A stretch of 64,000 bases of DNA, taken from Cirrosporium novae-zelandiae (Eukaryota). The stretch's first letter is position 1. Every line of letters begins with the position of its first letter. The notes below the pieces were generated by a model, which was given only the letters and a program-made list of their open reading frames with translations, did not search any database and was not told where the DNA came from. Positions 13,795 through 26,836 of this stretch are shown here, piece by piece. The translations under genes and the position numbers were made by a program. The stretch is taken from positions 806,001 through 870,000 of the forward strand of contig JAPETS010000003.1 in NCBI GenBank assembly GCA_026023565.1, read 5' to 3'.

Positions 13795-14415
13795 TTAGCC
13801 TGCGACAAAATATGTCTCGTCAGCTTCGCTTCGATCGAAGCATTCAGCATCATCTTCACGCTTTATGCACACATCACGCTTTCCCTCAGAAATCTGCCTT
13901 CTGGGAACGTAAACCATCTTGAAGTTTTCGGTCTGATTTTTTCCAGGCACATAAAAGACAACATAACCATTTTCACCATCCTCACGTTTTAATTTCTCTT
14001 TTCTAGGAAAATATAGAGAAACGTAATTGCTCTTCATTCCTTCTCCTGCCTTGCACTTGTTTTTTCTAATAGGATAGAGGGTAACGAAGTCGCTATCATT
14101 GGTGTTTGCCTCGTCGGGAACAGCGAAACAGGTAGAACTAGTTTCACGGGTGCATTGGGTTCCGGCCTTACGATGAACAAGGAAGCAAGTCGATTCCAAG
14201 GTCTTCCGTCACGCAAGCAGTCCCAGCATCTGATTTTGGATTATCCGGAACATAGAAGGTGACATAATTGATTCCCAAATCTACTGCTTCGCGCTTTGAG
14301 AGAGATCCTGCCCATATTCAGAAAAACTCAAGGCATGCCCAAAGAACTACTTACTCGGATCAACGGAGGCTACTACCAACGCAACAAGAGATGCGAGAAT
14401 AAGTTTAATCAACAT
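13795..14415 (-). pseudogene. Small secreted Cys-containing repeat protein with KR sites; one intron and an apparent +1 frameshift near 14200
   Basis: ATG at 14415 gives MLIKLILASLVALVVASVDP (signal-like), then gtaagt...tag intron, then NYVTFYVPDNPKSDAGTACVTED. The frame then shifts into ORF 13795-14199, which repeats the same motifs. Confidence 0.55.
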
Positions 14416-15603
14416 TGCAATAGTCGTATGAACGTTGAGATCTAACATTAGAAAGAGGGATTAACCAGGAAATCGCTTCTTCTGCAGGCAAGGAATAGTA
14501 CTCTAGCCGAGCTATTGGATATAATGGATTTTCTGTGGGCTGCGCAATATTGTGGTATTTATCTTACCTGGTGGCTGAGAATAGAGCTGTAGCTTAGCAG
14601 TATGAATCCTAAATCCTTTAATGCTTTTAGACTCCCACAAATCAACATATCTTGATGGCTTCGAAAGGAGGGGTTTAACGAATGTGAAGGAAATATGAAT
14701 GAGTGGATTGGTTAGTTGATTGAAGGACCTATTGGAGACTTGAGTGATATCGACGGAATTTTGTTGATCGTCGAAAAGGGTACTCATGTCATAACACCCA
14801 CCTCCAGTGGGTGATGGTGACTCTTATTCCTAAAAGGGTTCATACCCCAAAATTAAGCATTTGTTCAATTAGAGGTCTGTTAGAGGGCCTTGAATGGGCC
14901 TACGTGCTGCACCTGTTCGAGTCAATTCAAGTCAAACAATACAATGTGAGTAAGTGCTCATTTTACTCTAAGAACGCACTAATAAGCCAGGACTCTAGCT
15001 CAATTGCAAGAGGATGAATATCTTAACTTTCATTTTGGTTGAAGCTCTTTTAGAACTGTCACGTTGAAATATGCTTTCAATTGAGTGTTGGTGTTGACCA
15101 TTACTCTCGACTCGCAGATGTTGGATTTTACACGGCAATAAGCGAGAGTGGAGATTAGGCCTTGGCAGGCCTTATTCGTGTACTCTTCAAAGGATACTAT
15201 TATATTGGTGATCGACACATTAAAATATCATATTTATGCTGGACTCCTGTACTACAACTATTTCGCATTGGGCTTAACCGCCCCAGGAAAGAATTTCACC
15301 TTAGCTTAAGGAGCCTTCGCTTTTACTATCAACACTTAGAATAGGAACGATTCAGTTTATCGAGACTAAATTTTAAATCAGGTTCTCCATAGTTGATGTT
15401 GACGACATCATATTGACTTTTATCATGGAACTCTCTATATACATAAATAAAATATATACAGAAGATCGTATAAGTATGCATAAGAGGTCTTCCTCAAGAA
15501 ATGGATATTGTTTGTTTATAAAAGTAGCATGTCTCTAGGACATGTATTCCATTCATTCCCTGGAGTTGGCGAAGATAATACGCAGAAATTAGACGTAGAT
15601 CGC

Positions 15604-16567
15604 TTAAGCAAAGAAACCTATAGCACGTCTAGCTCTAGCAGCAGCGGATGAACTTGCTGTGGCTGCAAGTACCACCGCTTTTGTTGCATTAGCAGTCGTG
15701 CTGCTAGGGTTGGGCCAGAGCGAGGGCCCTGGCATGGTGTAGTTGGTTGGCTATTTCAACGTAACGGGTCAGCCAAGTTCTGAAATATATCAAAGGTACG
15801 GTATATCTATAATTAGGGCCGAAGGCCTGGATGGTCACTTACGGTAGGCCAATAGATATTGATCAAGATACCAGGCTCGTATCCGGTATACAATCCAGGA
15901 ATCGAAACCTTTGGATGTGGTGTTCCACTTCCGGCGTCCTCCTCTTCAACCTCGATTTGCGCACAAGAAATATAATATTGTGCGCCCTCGAACGTGCTCG
16001 CTCCATGCAACGCAATACTTTCAGCTCTCAATAGGTACTGTCCTGCGGGGGTCTTTGCTGGGAGAGTGAACGTGAAGTTCTGGATTTCATTGGTAGCCCA
16101 TTGGAGACCGTCGGAGGTTACCTCCTCCACGCCTAGAGAGTATATTTTGAACCAGTTGTCGGCACTACCGTCGTAGGCGGAAGCATCGCCATTGGTGGCT
16201 TTAGACATGTAGATTTGGACAGGGCCGGGATGGCCAATGCCCGTGTCAAGGGCAAAACCGAGCTGGGAGTATGATGTTAGATAGCCGTCTTAGGGGCTTC
16301 AGAAAAGAAGATGGGTAGGCCTACAGTTGAACCGGCCTTGACTTTGTAGGTACTGGTTACATTTCCGGTAGATAGACCGCCAGAATTGCAACGGAGATCA
16401 GTGGAAGTAACATCTGTGACAGGAGAGTTGGAGTTGTTATTCTTGCGAACGTATTCATACTCGCTCGTGATGTCCCCATCAACGATAAGACGGTTGAAAC
16501 AGTAATGGCCCACTGTCGACGGAACAAGGGAGGCCGCAGCCAGGAGTAGAGAGAGTGAGAACTTCAT
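15604..16567 (-). CDS. AA9 lytic polysaccharide monooxygenase, 3 exons (16567-16325, 16262-15843, 15750-15604)
   Basis: Signal peptide followed by His1 (HYCFNRL), NSPVTDVTSTDLRCN, HPGPVQIYMSK, GQYLLRAESIALH, AQYYISCAQI, YTMPGP. Confidence 0.93.
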
Positions 16568-17823
16568 CTTGCTAGCTATAATCTTGATTATAGTGAGTGT
16601 GAGAGTGGAGATATTTTTTTGTTCTAGAGAGTGAACCACCGGGGCTTGATTGAAAGAATGAATGGAGCTGAGAAAAGAAAGGATCGACCAGCGACTGAGC
16701 GGAGAAAACAACACGATTGAAAATATCAACTTGAGGAGAGATGTCGAGAACAAGAAAACATTTTGTCAAGTAGCATATTCAGCCCCTACTTATATCAGTT
16801 CTTTCCACTGTGGCAATCACCTACCGCCCACTCAGTTTTGTTTCAATATGATGATAGTACAGAAATGTCAAACGGTGGTTCACATAGGGTTATGTCTTGG
16901 CATAGTTCAAGCAGTTTGAAATATAGTGACACTCTATGGCGATTCGCCATTCTGAAGGAATTGTTTTGTTTTTAACATGTTTAGGAGCTGACAGGGTTAT
17001 TTCTCCGTTCGCTTCCGTCTTGAAGATTTATCCTTATTCATACCTGGTGGTTTAAAGGGTTTCTTTTTTCGATGTTGGCTTGAGGTGCCGAGATGGACAA
17101 TGACGTAAGCAGATCTTGGAGGCCAAGGAGCTCATCTCTCTTACACAGTAAATGTCTTGGCTAGGAAAGTAGAACAGGCGGCGAATTTCGGTGAATCTCT
17201 TGTCTAAATTATTCAAGAAAATATGTGATTCTGCAGATTGTTTGATGATATTGAATTGTTTCTAACGAAGAATAGGTGGACAATGCCACCATAACCAAGC
17301 TTTTCCTCGGATCGGACCCAATGTACGGTACAACACCAACTTATTGCTATCCCCATGTTCAAAATGTTACTGTATCTGCATTATCAATCATCTAAATGTC
17401 AGGTACACCGTATATCATATGCGGGGTATGTGATTGCAACGTTGCTAACTTTTTGCTAAATTTCCAAGAGATTCTACAGGGATAGGACATGTCCTCTTCA
17501 AGCTTCCCCGCCGATCTCTTATCATGGGCCCCATAGCATTATCTGACTGCTTTCTCTTAAAAAGGCATTTATCTGTCCATCAACAACGCGGCAAACACCC
17601 GATCTTGATAGCTTCATAACCGCTACTCTTTCCGGTGACATCGTAAGCTATGTTTTGGAACTTGACAATACTACCATTACGCTATGTAATGTTGGAGCTC
17701 CGAGGGCCTTGCCTTTTATCTAAGTTTTCGGATTTCTTGGGAAATAATATATGTTGTGAGCGCTGTCAACGGTCAGCTATGTTCAATTGAAGTTTTGAAC
17801 TTATCCTTCATCAAGGCAGCGCA

Positions 17824-20464
17824 ATGCCTTCCATTTTGAGCACCGTTTGTAACACCATTGCATTGCTTTTCTGTTCCAATGCGCTGGCAGCGCCTATCAT
17901 TAACTCAAGTTTGAGTGTTGGAGTAAGTCGGGTATTTCTTTGTCAGAAATAAATTTGAATCTTTCGCTGTCATATCGTCTACAAGCGTTATATTTATATG
18001 AGACCAATTTTATCTAATGGCGGATCACTCTTCTAAATCTAATGTGATGTCAGAGACTCTAACAAATCGATGGCTATAGTCGGTCCATATCCCGCTCACC
18101 AATTATTTCAATAACCAAGCGTTTGGTTCCTTTCCAGGCGAAGCTGATTTCGACGGTTCCAATCAATCATATCCAGCCAAGGAGCTTACCTTCAATGGAA
18201 CTTTTACGTCCACTCATACCGGAATATCTTACCTCTTCCCAGGATATCAGGGCCTATACGCCAACGACAATATTATTTGCCAAGGCGAAACTATCTCTGT
18301 ACCCACAGATTCGTATTTTAGTGTCCAATTTTTGGTATCGACAGACTTGGGGGATACTATTGTGTCAGGAAACGTAACATTCAATTATAAGGACAATACA
18401 ACGTCGACGGCTGAATTACGCGCACAGCCTTGGTATGCCTTTTTAACGCTCTATAAAGGCGAGATAATTTTACCATTTAGATATACTACGAATAATACCA
18501 ACTTCAATACGACGCATATCCACGAATGGGTCGCTGCACTGGAACCGGGCAAGCAGCTCGAGTCTATCTCCCTACCAGAGACAAGCAACACGACCACTGG
18601 TAGAATTCATGTCTTTTCTATGGCATTGTGGAAGGGTGCAGGCGTGGATGTACAGTATATTCGACCAACTCAAAAATGGAGTGGGAATCAAACCCAAACG
18701 GTAGAAGTTGGTATCAGCAATGCAGGCGAAGATTGGGTGTCTGGAAATGGCATTGAAATTGTGATCGAAGGATCTGGTATCAAGACCGTATCGCCTGGAA
18801 AGATAAAGCGGTTAAGGCCAGGAGATCAAAAACGTGTCAACGTTGAAATAATTGGTAGTGGCAATTTATCAGCTATTGTCAAGATCAAGAAATCTTCAAC
18901 GGTATCTAGCACATTTACCTTCCCCTCAGTACAATTTGGTCTCCAGAATTGGACCAGCGATTTGGATAGCCTGACAAAGCATGAGGCCCCAGATTGGTTC
19001 TCCGATGCAAAGTATGGTATTTTCATACATTGGGGCCCATATGCTGTACCAGGTTGGGGAAATTCAACGCCTACTGAGGTATTCCCTTCTCAAACTATAA
19101 TATTTATATATCTATATAATCTAACCCATATAATAGGTTTATGCTGAATGGTACTGGTGGTATTCACATCACCGAGCAGCGGATTCTGCCAACACCTACG
19201 AGTACGGTCTTTGTACTTTCGGTCCCAACGTGGTATACGACGACTTTTTCCAGAACTTCACTGGCTCAAACTTCTCCGCTAAAGAATGGGTTGATCTCTT
19301 CGCAGATGCTGGAGCCCAATATTTCGTTCTTACAACCAAACATCATGATGGTTTTGCGCTTTTCGACACCGCGAACACAACGAATCGGAACTCCTTGCAT
19401 TACGGTCCGAAACGCGACATCGTTGGTGAACTGTTTGATGCCGCAAAAACATATCAACCACAACTTCATCGGGGAACGTACTTCTCTCTTCCTGAGTGGG
19501 TAAGTGAATACTTTCCCTATCTCCAACATTTACTTCCCTCTCTCTAACTATCTCACTCAAAAAGTACAACCCCGACTTCGGCCCATATGGCTTCGCTCAA
19601 TCCACCGGCAACGCCTCAACTTCCTGGCCCGGAATTCTTGCCGTAAATCCCTACACCAATATTACAGAACCCTATACTGGCCGCATCCCTGTCTCAGATT
19701 TCATCACGGACCTCATGGTCCCTCAAATGAACATTCTAGCCTACAATTACTCTACTGAAATCATGTGGTGCGACTGTGGCGCGGCGAATGGCAGCGCTTC
19801 CTTTGCAGCCGCATGGTATAACGCTGCACGGTCTGAAAATCGAGAAGTTACTATGAACTCGCGCTGCGGGATCCCCGAGGGTAGTGACTTTGACACCCCC
19901 GAATATGCAACCTTCAGCAGCATCAGCCCGCGGAAGTGGGAAAGCAACCAGGGTATGGACCCGAAGAGTTATGGATACAATCGTGCGACCCCCACCAAAA
20001 ATTACATGAACGCATCCACCATCATCACGTCCCTTGTTGACATGGTCAGCAAGAATGGGAATTTCTTGCTCGATGTGGGACCACAGGCCGACGGCACAAT
20101 CCTCGATGTTGAGGCCTCGCATTTGAAGGAAGCGGGGAAGTGGATCAAGGCTCACGGAGAAGCCATCTTCAATACCACGTACTGGTTTATCACACCTGAG
20201 GTGACAACGGCCGCTAACACGAGCGTGAGGTTCACGCAGACGGAGGACGCCTTTTATATTCTCTTTTTGGAACAGCCTGCGGGGACAGAAGTCATTGATG
20301 TTTTGGTTCCAGTGCTGGAGAGCGATACGATTAGTATGATTGGGGCGGGGAACAACACAACTGTAGAGTGGGAGAAGAGCGGAGAGGGTATTTCAGTGAC
20401 ATTTCCGGAAGAGCTCCGGGAGGTTGGGGAGTATTGTTGGGTCCTGAGGGTTGAGTATGCATGA
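17824..20464 (+). CDS. Secreted alpha-L-fucosidase (GH29) with extra N-terminal beta-rich region; several introns
   Basis: PDWFSDAKYGIFIHWGPYAVPGW, GAQYFVLTTKHHDGF, MWCD nucleophile region, KWESNQG, SYGYN, VSKNGNFLLDVGP. Signal-like start MPSILSTVCNTIALLF. Confidence 0.9.
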
Positions 20465-20877
20465 TGAGTGATGACGAGACCACCCATAATGATGTAGGAA
20501 ATACGAATGCGTACAAAGGAATTATCTATTTTATATATATGATGCTGAATCATCATGACTAGAAATATATGCATACTTAGATATATATTATCTGAGTGTA
20601 GACTGCACGTGTCATTATTGACAGAAGTCGGGATCAATTTCGTTAGGGCTAAGGTAGGTAAGGATGGCCTAAGGCTGAAACGACCAAACAACGTCATAAC
20701 ACGATAGCTTCATCTTATCTGGTGGGATAACTCCAGGCACCCAGGCAGACAACAAATCAGAACAAACGCATTGAGAATCATTGAAAATGATATCCAGGAC
20801 CTTCCAAGATATCTTTTAAAGCTTCAGCTTCAATCATCAAGGACATTTCGAAGATTCTAATTATTATTTAGCCCAAT

Positions 20878-22759
20878 ATGTCTCGCAGGTTCATCACCCT
20901 TGCTGTCTTGAGCTCTGCGGCACTTCGCATCAACTCATATATCTTTCTGAGATGGGTATGTACTCTTCTAGATGTTGACTCTGTATGAGATGAATACAGG
21001 CCTAATTGTAATATAGTTTCCAGCACATAATTTCCCACCTGCAATCCTTATATCCTTCATCATCTACCTCGCAAGTCTAATGTACCTCAAACAGAGCAAA
21101 ACCGAGGAACATATTGAAGTGATTGAGATCAAAGACAAAACCAAGAAAGAAGAGATAAAAATAATACATCCATCGGACTCGTCTGAAGATGAGTCTAGTA
21201 GATCGGCAAATGGATTTCCTTCTATGGTGAAAACGTTGATTATGGGGCTTCCAACCAAGAAATATCCTAGTTTAAATATCATAAATATTATGATCAACGC
21301 CCTCCTCCTCATCTTTTCAGCGGACCTCGTCCTCCGAACTCATTTACTCTACCCATGTAACGATCTCATATTTTCAAGGGTTGGTTATATATCTGACACC
21401 ACCGCCAAAATTCTTATCCGTGAACCAAACCCCTCTCAATTGCCAATATACGTCTCCTACCGGGAAGCGGAAGCCCCTGACTCAATCCCATGGACAACTG
21501 CAGATAAAATATACTTCCTAGATAATACTACGGATTACACCTATCCCATAACGCTAATAAATCTCCGACCTGCGACTACTTATATTTACAGCCTCACCGA
21601 TTCTCTTAATGGGACCTTTACGACAGCTCCTCCCCTCTCCCTTTCTAACCCTAAGCTCACCTTTCTATCAACCTCCTGCATGAAACCGCACTTTCCATAC
21701 AACCCTCTCGACCATCCGTTGACCATTCCAGGTCTCACACATCTCTCCAACCTTCTCGAACAAATCTCCCCCTCCTTCATGCTTTTCCTAGGGGACTTCA
21801 TCTACATCGACGTGCCCTTCCGTCTCGGGTCCTCGGTCGCTCTCTATCGCCAACACTACCGCCAAGTCTACGCTTCGCCATCCTCCTCACCTCTCAAAAC
21901 CCTCCCGTGGATCCATGTACTCGACGACCACGAAATTGCCAACGATTGGGATCGCAACACGACACCCCCATACCCCGCAGCAATCGACCCATACACACAC
22001 TACCACGCCTCCATAAACCCACCCACGGTCTCACCAGGCTCAACCTACTTTACCTTCTCCCGCCCGCCCGCCAGCTTCTTCATGATCGACACCCGCACCC
22101 ACCGCACCCCGCCCTCCCCATCAGGAAACACCAGCATGTTAGGCGGCCCCCAACTGACAGCCCTCCTGAACTACCTCCGCACGCCCCCCTCAAACCCGAA
22201 TATCCACTTCAAAATCGTTGTCACCTCTATCCCATTCACCCTAAACTGGCGCTTTAGCGCCCGGGACACCTGGGCCGGCTACCCATCCGAGCGCCAAATA
22301 ATCCTCGACGCCATGTGGGACGCTATCGAAACCCAAGGAATCGCAATCATAATCCTCAGCGGTGACCGCCACGAATTCGCGGCCACTAAATTCGTCCCCC
22401 CAAAAGACAATGGAAACCGCTGGGGCCCTACAATCGCCGCATACGAATTCAGCGTTTCTCCGCTCAATATGTTCTACCTGCCTGTGCGAACCTATTGGGA
22501 AGCTGATGAGAAGCCCCGGGTGCTGATGGCGCCGTTTGGAGATAATGTGAGTGGGACTGGGAGGGACGAGTGTGTCAAGTATATACCGGATGGGAACTCG
22601 AAATTTGGCGCGTTGGAGTTGGAGGGGTTGGAGGGGGCTGGGATGGGGATGTTGAGGTATCGGCTTTTTGTTGATGGGATCGAGAGGTGGGATTATGTTG
22701 TTACGAGTCCGGGAAGGAAGGGGGGGGTGGGGAGGGACCAGGAGGCGGTTTGGGAGTAG
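20878..22759 (+). CDS. Alkaline phosphatase D (PhoD)-family metallophosphatase, membrane-anchored; intron 20956-21016
   Basis: FLGDFIYIDVP, DDHEIANDW, FFMIDTR, DTWAGY, LSGDRHEF motifs. Confidence 0.88.
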
Positions 22760-23370
22760 GATGGTATATATATCGTGAGAGGTTATTGGGAATGAGCTTT
22801 GAGGTTTTGGATGTATGTATCTAGTATGTGTGACTGTGTTATATGGGTGAAGCGTTTTTTGACAAGATTGAATTGTTATGCCTTGACGATAGCTATGAGG
22901 ATGAATATGAAGTAACTCTGATGAACTAAATAGCAATCCTAAAAAAGCAGACCAAGAAACTAGAAATAAACACCCCAAAACTTAAAGAACCAATTTCTTC
23001 CCGTCCCCAACCACATTTCTCAACCTCGCCTTGAACCCTTTTTACTAGACTAGTAGAAAAGAAAAGAAAAGGAAGAAAAAAAGGATAATCCTCTTCCAGA
23101 GAAATCGAATAGAATGTTTCCTTTTTCTAGACCGGACCATGTTATCCCAACTATACCCTCATTTCGAGATTTCAAATTTTGGTTTTTTCTTTGCGGTTGA
23201 CTGTTTCGAGGTGCCTGCCTGCTTGCCTACTTGGGATGGGGTGGGGTGAGGTGAGGCAAATCCTTGACTTGATGGACTGTTCGACTGTCTGTCTCGCTCT
23301 AGGGACGGCTTGCCTATCTGCTGACACTAGACAAAGAAACTGCATCCCCGCCCCGACCCTCATCCCTAAA

Positions 23371-24123
23371 TCAGATCCACGAAATATCATAAATCCCGCC
23401 ATCTCTCTTCCCACCTCTAGCCCACTCGACTCTAAAAACCGGTTTTTTGTTGCTGTTGGAATTTGATATCCCGTCTGATGTTTTCTGTCCTTTTTCTTGT
23501 TCTTCTTCTATTTTTTCGGCCTTGGCTCTCCATTTTGTGTTTATGCTTTCATTTTCGGGGTCCGTGTGGTGGTTGGTGGTGGGGATTTTTGGGTTTGGGT
23601 TTGGTGGTAGGGGGTGGTGTTGGTTATATTTGTCATGATGGTGGCGGCGGAGAGAGGTTTGGGTTGTTTGATGATGATTATGGAAGGGGTCGAGAGCTGT
23701 GGAGGATGAGTGAGAACGGGGCGGGATGAGAGTGGCGGTGGTACCTTGATTGTTGTGGTGTCGGTGTTGTTGATATCTATCTGAAGCTCTCGAGGGGCTA
23801 GTATCTTCATTGTTAGTACGGCTCTGAGTATCATGTGTTTCAACGTTGTTTATCAAAGGAAGACGAGCAAGAAGAGGCTGGAAGCGACTGCTTTCGGAGC
23901 TATCACTGTTAGAGTCGTCATTTAGCCCTTCGGAACCTGCGGGGGTACGGTGGTGCTGCATGTAGATAAAGAAGAGGAAGTAAAGGAAGAATGTCAAGGA
24001 CACAAAGGAGGAGAGGACGATGAGGATCACTGATAGCAGGATAAACATTATTTCTAAGTCCAGCATGTTTACCAAGTGATATATGCCCGAGAAGGATGAT
24101 AAGGGAATCAAAGAAGATTGCAA
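23371..24123 (-). CDS. Hypothetical protein with N-terminal hydrophobic segment and low-complexity His/Thr-rich tail
   Basis: 250-codon ORF with a TM-like stretch followed by disordered sequence; start uncertain. Confidence 0.35.
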   Translation of the reverse strand: MQSSLIPLSSFSGIYHLVNMLDLEIMFILLSVILIVLSSFVSLTFFLYFLFFIYMQHHRTPAGSEGLNDDSNSDSSESSRFQPLLARLPLINNVETHDTQSRTNNEDTSPSRASDRYQQHRHHNNQGTTATLIPPRSHSSSTALDPFHNHHQTTQTSLRRHHHDKYNQHHPLPPNPNPKIPTTNHHTDPENESINTKWRAKAEKIEEEQEKGQKTSDGISNSNSNKKPVFRVEWARGGKRDGGIYDISWI

Positions 24124-25282
24124 TACAGGAGCAACTTTGTGAGTCTTAATTTGTACTGTGTAGTGTTAAGATATTAATGAAGTGAAGCGGATAATGGAGA
24201 AGCATATAGAGAACACAAGGGGATGTCATTGCGTTTTTAAATGCTGTATTAATTGTTTGCATAAAGGAACAGCCACGTCTAGGATTTAATCATCTAAGAT
24301 GTGTTCTTGCAAACGGTAATTTTGTTGGCGTGGGGAAGGATCTCTGGACGTTCGTGATCCGAGTTGAGGCAGTGAGTGTTACAATGTTTGCGCAACTGCC
24401 GATATTGCGGCCTGAGATTGGAGATGAAGAGACATAATGTGAGATGTGTGAGCATAAAGAACAGTATTGTTGCACTTGGAGAGAAGCATGCTAGATTTGG
24501 GGGAGAAAGGCACTGGAAGGCCTTGGGTCAAATATACAAAAGAAAAGAAGAATGACAGATCAAAGAAATTGAGGAACATTGATGGATTGCTAAACCTTTT
24601 GCATATAAATAATGATATATCGGAGATGGAGTAACCCGTATATTAGACTAGGTGATCAACTCCCCACCTGGACTGTCGGTCACGATGGTCAAACGGTTTG
24701 TAGTGGGTTGAAAAGTGATGAATGAATTTACGTTATAGAAGCACATAGAGGGGAATATTGTGGGGGTATTTTTCATCATGTTGGGAAAATATTTCATCCT
24801 GGAATGAGGAGAAATAAAATGTTTCGTTCGGTCCGAAATCGGAAGAGATTGTTTCCGGTGCGCATGCAGTGATATCAGCCACTTAAACACAACCTGTCGT
24901 CCGGTTTATTCCAACCGAATTCCCATCAGATTAGATATCATCATCTCATCTAATCAGATTTCTCTCCTCTTACAGTCCAAAACATACCTCCCCGCTTCCC
25001 ATCTCCAAATTAAATATTCAGCCTTCAGTTCATCTAATAAGGTGATCTGGCAACATTGTCAGTCACTTAGGGGCCCTCACGGCAATTGATAGCCAGCTGC
25101 CTTTTGATGCTGCACAATTGCCGCGAAAAAATCTCTGATCCCGTATGTTTCCGTAATGACTCCCTCATCTCAACGTCGCAAACTTCTGCGAATTGGTCAA
25201 TAATGTTGACCAAGAACTCTCTCAGGGTCATCTACAATTGATTTCATCCGTCTGTATCACTATTTAGACCTTGTCGCAATAG

Positions 25283-26836
25283 ATGGCAGCTTCCCCTGCT
25301 ACGTCAGCTGGCTCACCGCCTGCACTTGCACCAGCCCCAGCAACAATGAGTATGAGGCCTTCAGCTATCACGCCGGTAGCAGCTATCCATAGCGGACCCG
25401 CAACCCCGACATCTGTCACCTCCAGGGAGTGGGTTGTACCTCCGCGCCCCAAACCTGGTCGTAAACCTGCCACTGATACCCCCCCAACCAAACGCAAGGC
25501 ACAGAATCGTGCTGCTCAAAGAGCATTCAGAGAGAGAAGGGCAGCAAAAATCGGAGAATTAGAAGGATGCATTGATGAGATCAAAGAGAAACATGAAAAT
25601 GAAAAATTCGAATTTGAAAGTAAGATCTCAGGCTTGGAGGGACAGGTGAGAAGATTGCATGATGAGATTTCATTCTGGCAACATAGATGTCAGGCTCTGG
25701 GTGGGAATCTAGAAGAAGAGTTCAAATGGAAGGAATTATGGATGAGAGGACAATATCTACCAAAGCCATCTCGACGTTCTGATAGTATGAACGACGTTGT
25801 CTCTTTACCTCCACGCAAGAGTACCCGAAAGAGGCCAGATGACAAATTCCGATCAGAGTCATCAACACCACAGGAATCCATTATTCCCGCCTCTGAAGAA
25901 CCAGCACCATTAGGCTGTGGAAAATGTACCGCAACATCTCGCTGTAAATGTATTGAAGAGGCTTTCAATATTTCTAACCTCACTTCCACCGAAGACGATG
26001 CTTCATCATCCACACCCATCTCTCCACCCAAGCGCCCTCACTCTCCCCAAGATATATTGGCATCCAAGCGCTCTCGTTCCTCTCCTCCAGACGAAGTTAC
26101 AAAACACGAGGACCTCGAGACCGACTTTACTGCTGCTTTCTCCGTCAGTTTGAATCCTCTTCCCCTCAACAAAAATCCAGCGTCAAACAACGCAGGCAAC
26201 AACAGCACGGTGGCAGAATCAATCGAGCCTTGCGGCTTCTGCGAGCCTGGCACAACCATTTGCGTCTGCGCGGAGATGTCAAGGCAAACTCTGCCCGAAC
26301 AAGGACCAACTCGCATGGCACCCGGGTCGCTTTCACAATTCACGCCGCCACCTTCTGATGGTGATGTTATGACTGCTCCATCAAAAACTAGATCTATGAC
26401 TCGCAACCCATGCGCCAATGGACCCGGAACCTGCGCCAAATGCTTAGCAGACCCCAACAGAACATTATTCTGCAAAAGCCTCGCAGCAAGTAGAGCTAGA
26501 TCCGAGGCCTCTCGCTCTAGAAGCACGCCAGCCGCAGTTCTTCCTCCCAAGGCCAACAGTACACCCCGCCTCCCTTCCATAGCCGCAATCACAGCACCTC
26601 AAAACAACAACGAATTGACACTCACATGCACCGATACCTACACCACCCTCTCCCGGCATCCTCATTTCTACGAAGCGAGTGATGACATGGGTGCATGGAT
26701 CCCGAAACTAGCACCTATAGTTACCAAGGATGGCGAAGGACAGAATAAGGTGCAACAGAGACCGATGATGGAAATCGAGGCCGCGAGCGTGATGCAGACA
26801 CTTAGGTACTTTGATCGTCGGTGGGGCAGCCAGTAA
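25283..26836 (+). CDS. hapX: bZIP iron-regulatory transcription factor HapX
   Basis: Hap4-like domain (REWVVPPRPKPGRKP), bZIP KRKAQNRAAQRAFRERR, Cys-rich regions (CGKC...CKC, CGFCEPGTTICVC, CANGPGTCAKC). Confidence 0.95.
   Translation: MAASPATSAGSPPALAPAPATMSMRPSAITPVAAIHSGPATPTSVTSREWVVPPRPKPGRKPATDTPPTKRKAQNRAAQRAFRERRAAKIGELEGCIDEIKEKHENEKFEFESKISGLEGQVRRLHDEISFWQHRCQALGGNLEEEFKWKELWMRGQYLPKPSRRSDSMNDVVSLPPRKSTRKRPDDKFRSESSTPQESIIPASEEPAPLGCGKCTATSRCKCIEEAFNISNLTSTEDDASSSTPISPPKRPHSPQDILASKRSRSSPPDEVTKHEDLETDFTAAFSVSLNPLPLNKNPASNNAGNNSTVAESIEPCGFCEPGTTICVCAEMSRQTLPEQGPTRMAPGSLSQFTPPPSDGDVMTAPSKTRSMTRNPCANGPGTCAKCLADPNRTLFCKSLAASRARSEASRSRSTPAAVLPPKANSTPRLPSIAAITAPQNNNELTLTCTDTYTTLSRHPHFYEASDDMGAWIPKLAPIVTKDGEGQNKVQQRPMMEIEAASVMQTLRYFDRRWGSQ

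Noticed and set aside
22241..22978. 245-aa antisense ORF, and similar antisense ORFs over eIF3d, Rim15, hapX and SRP54
   Set aside because: Shadow frames of real genes on the opposite strand.
24379..24579. 66-aa ORF with a signal-peptide-like start
   Set aside because: Too short, with no supporting motif, paralog or splice evidence.
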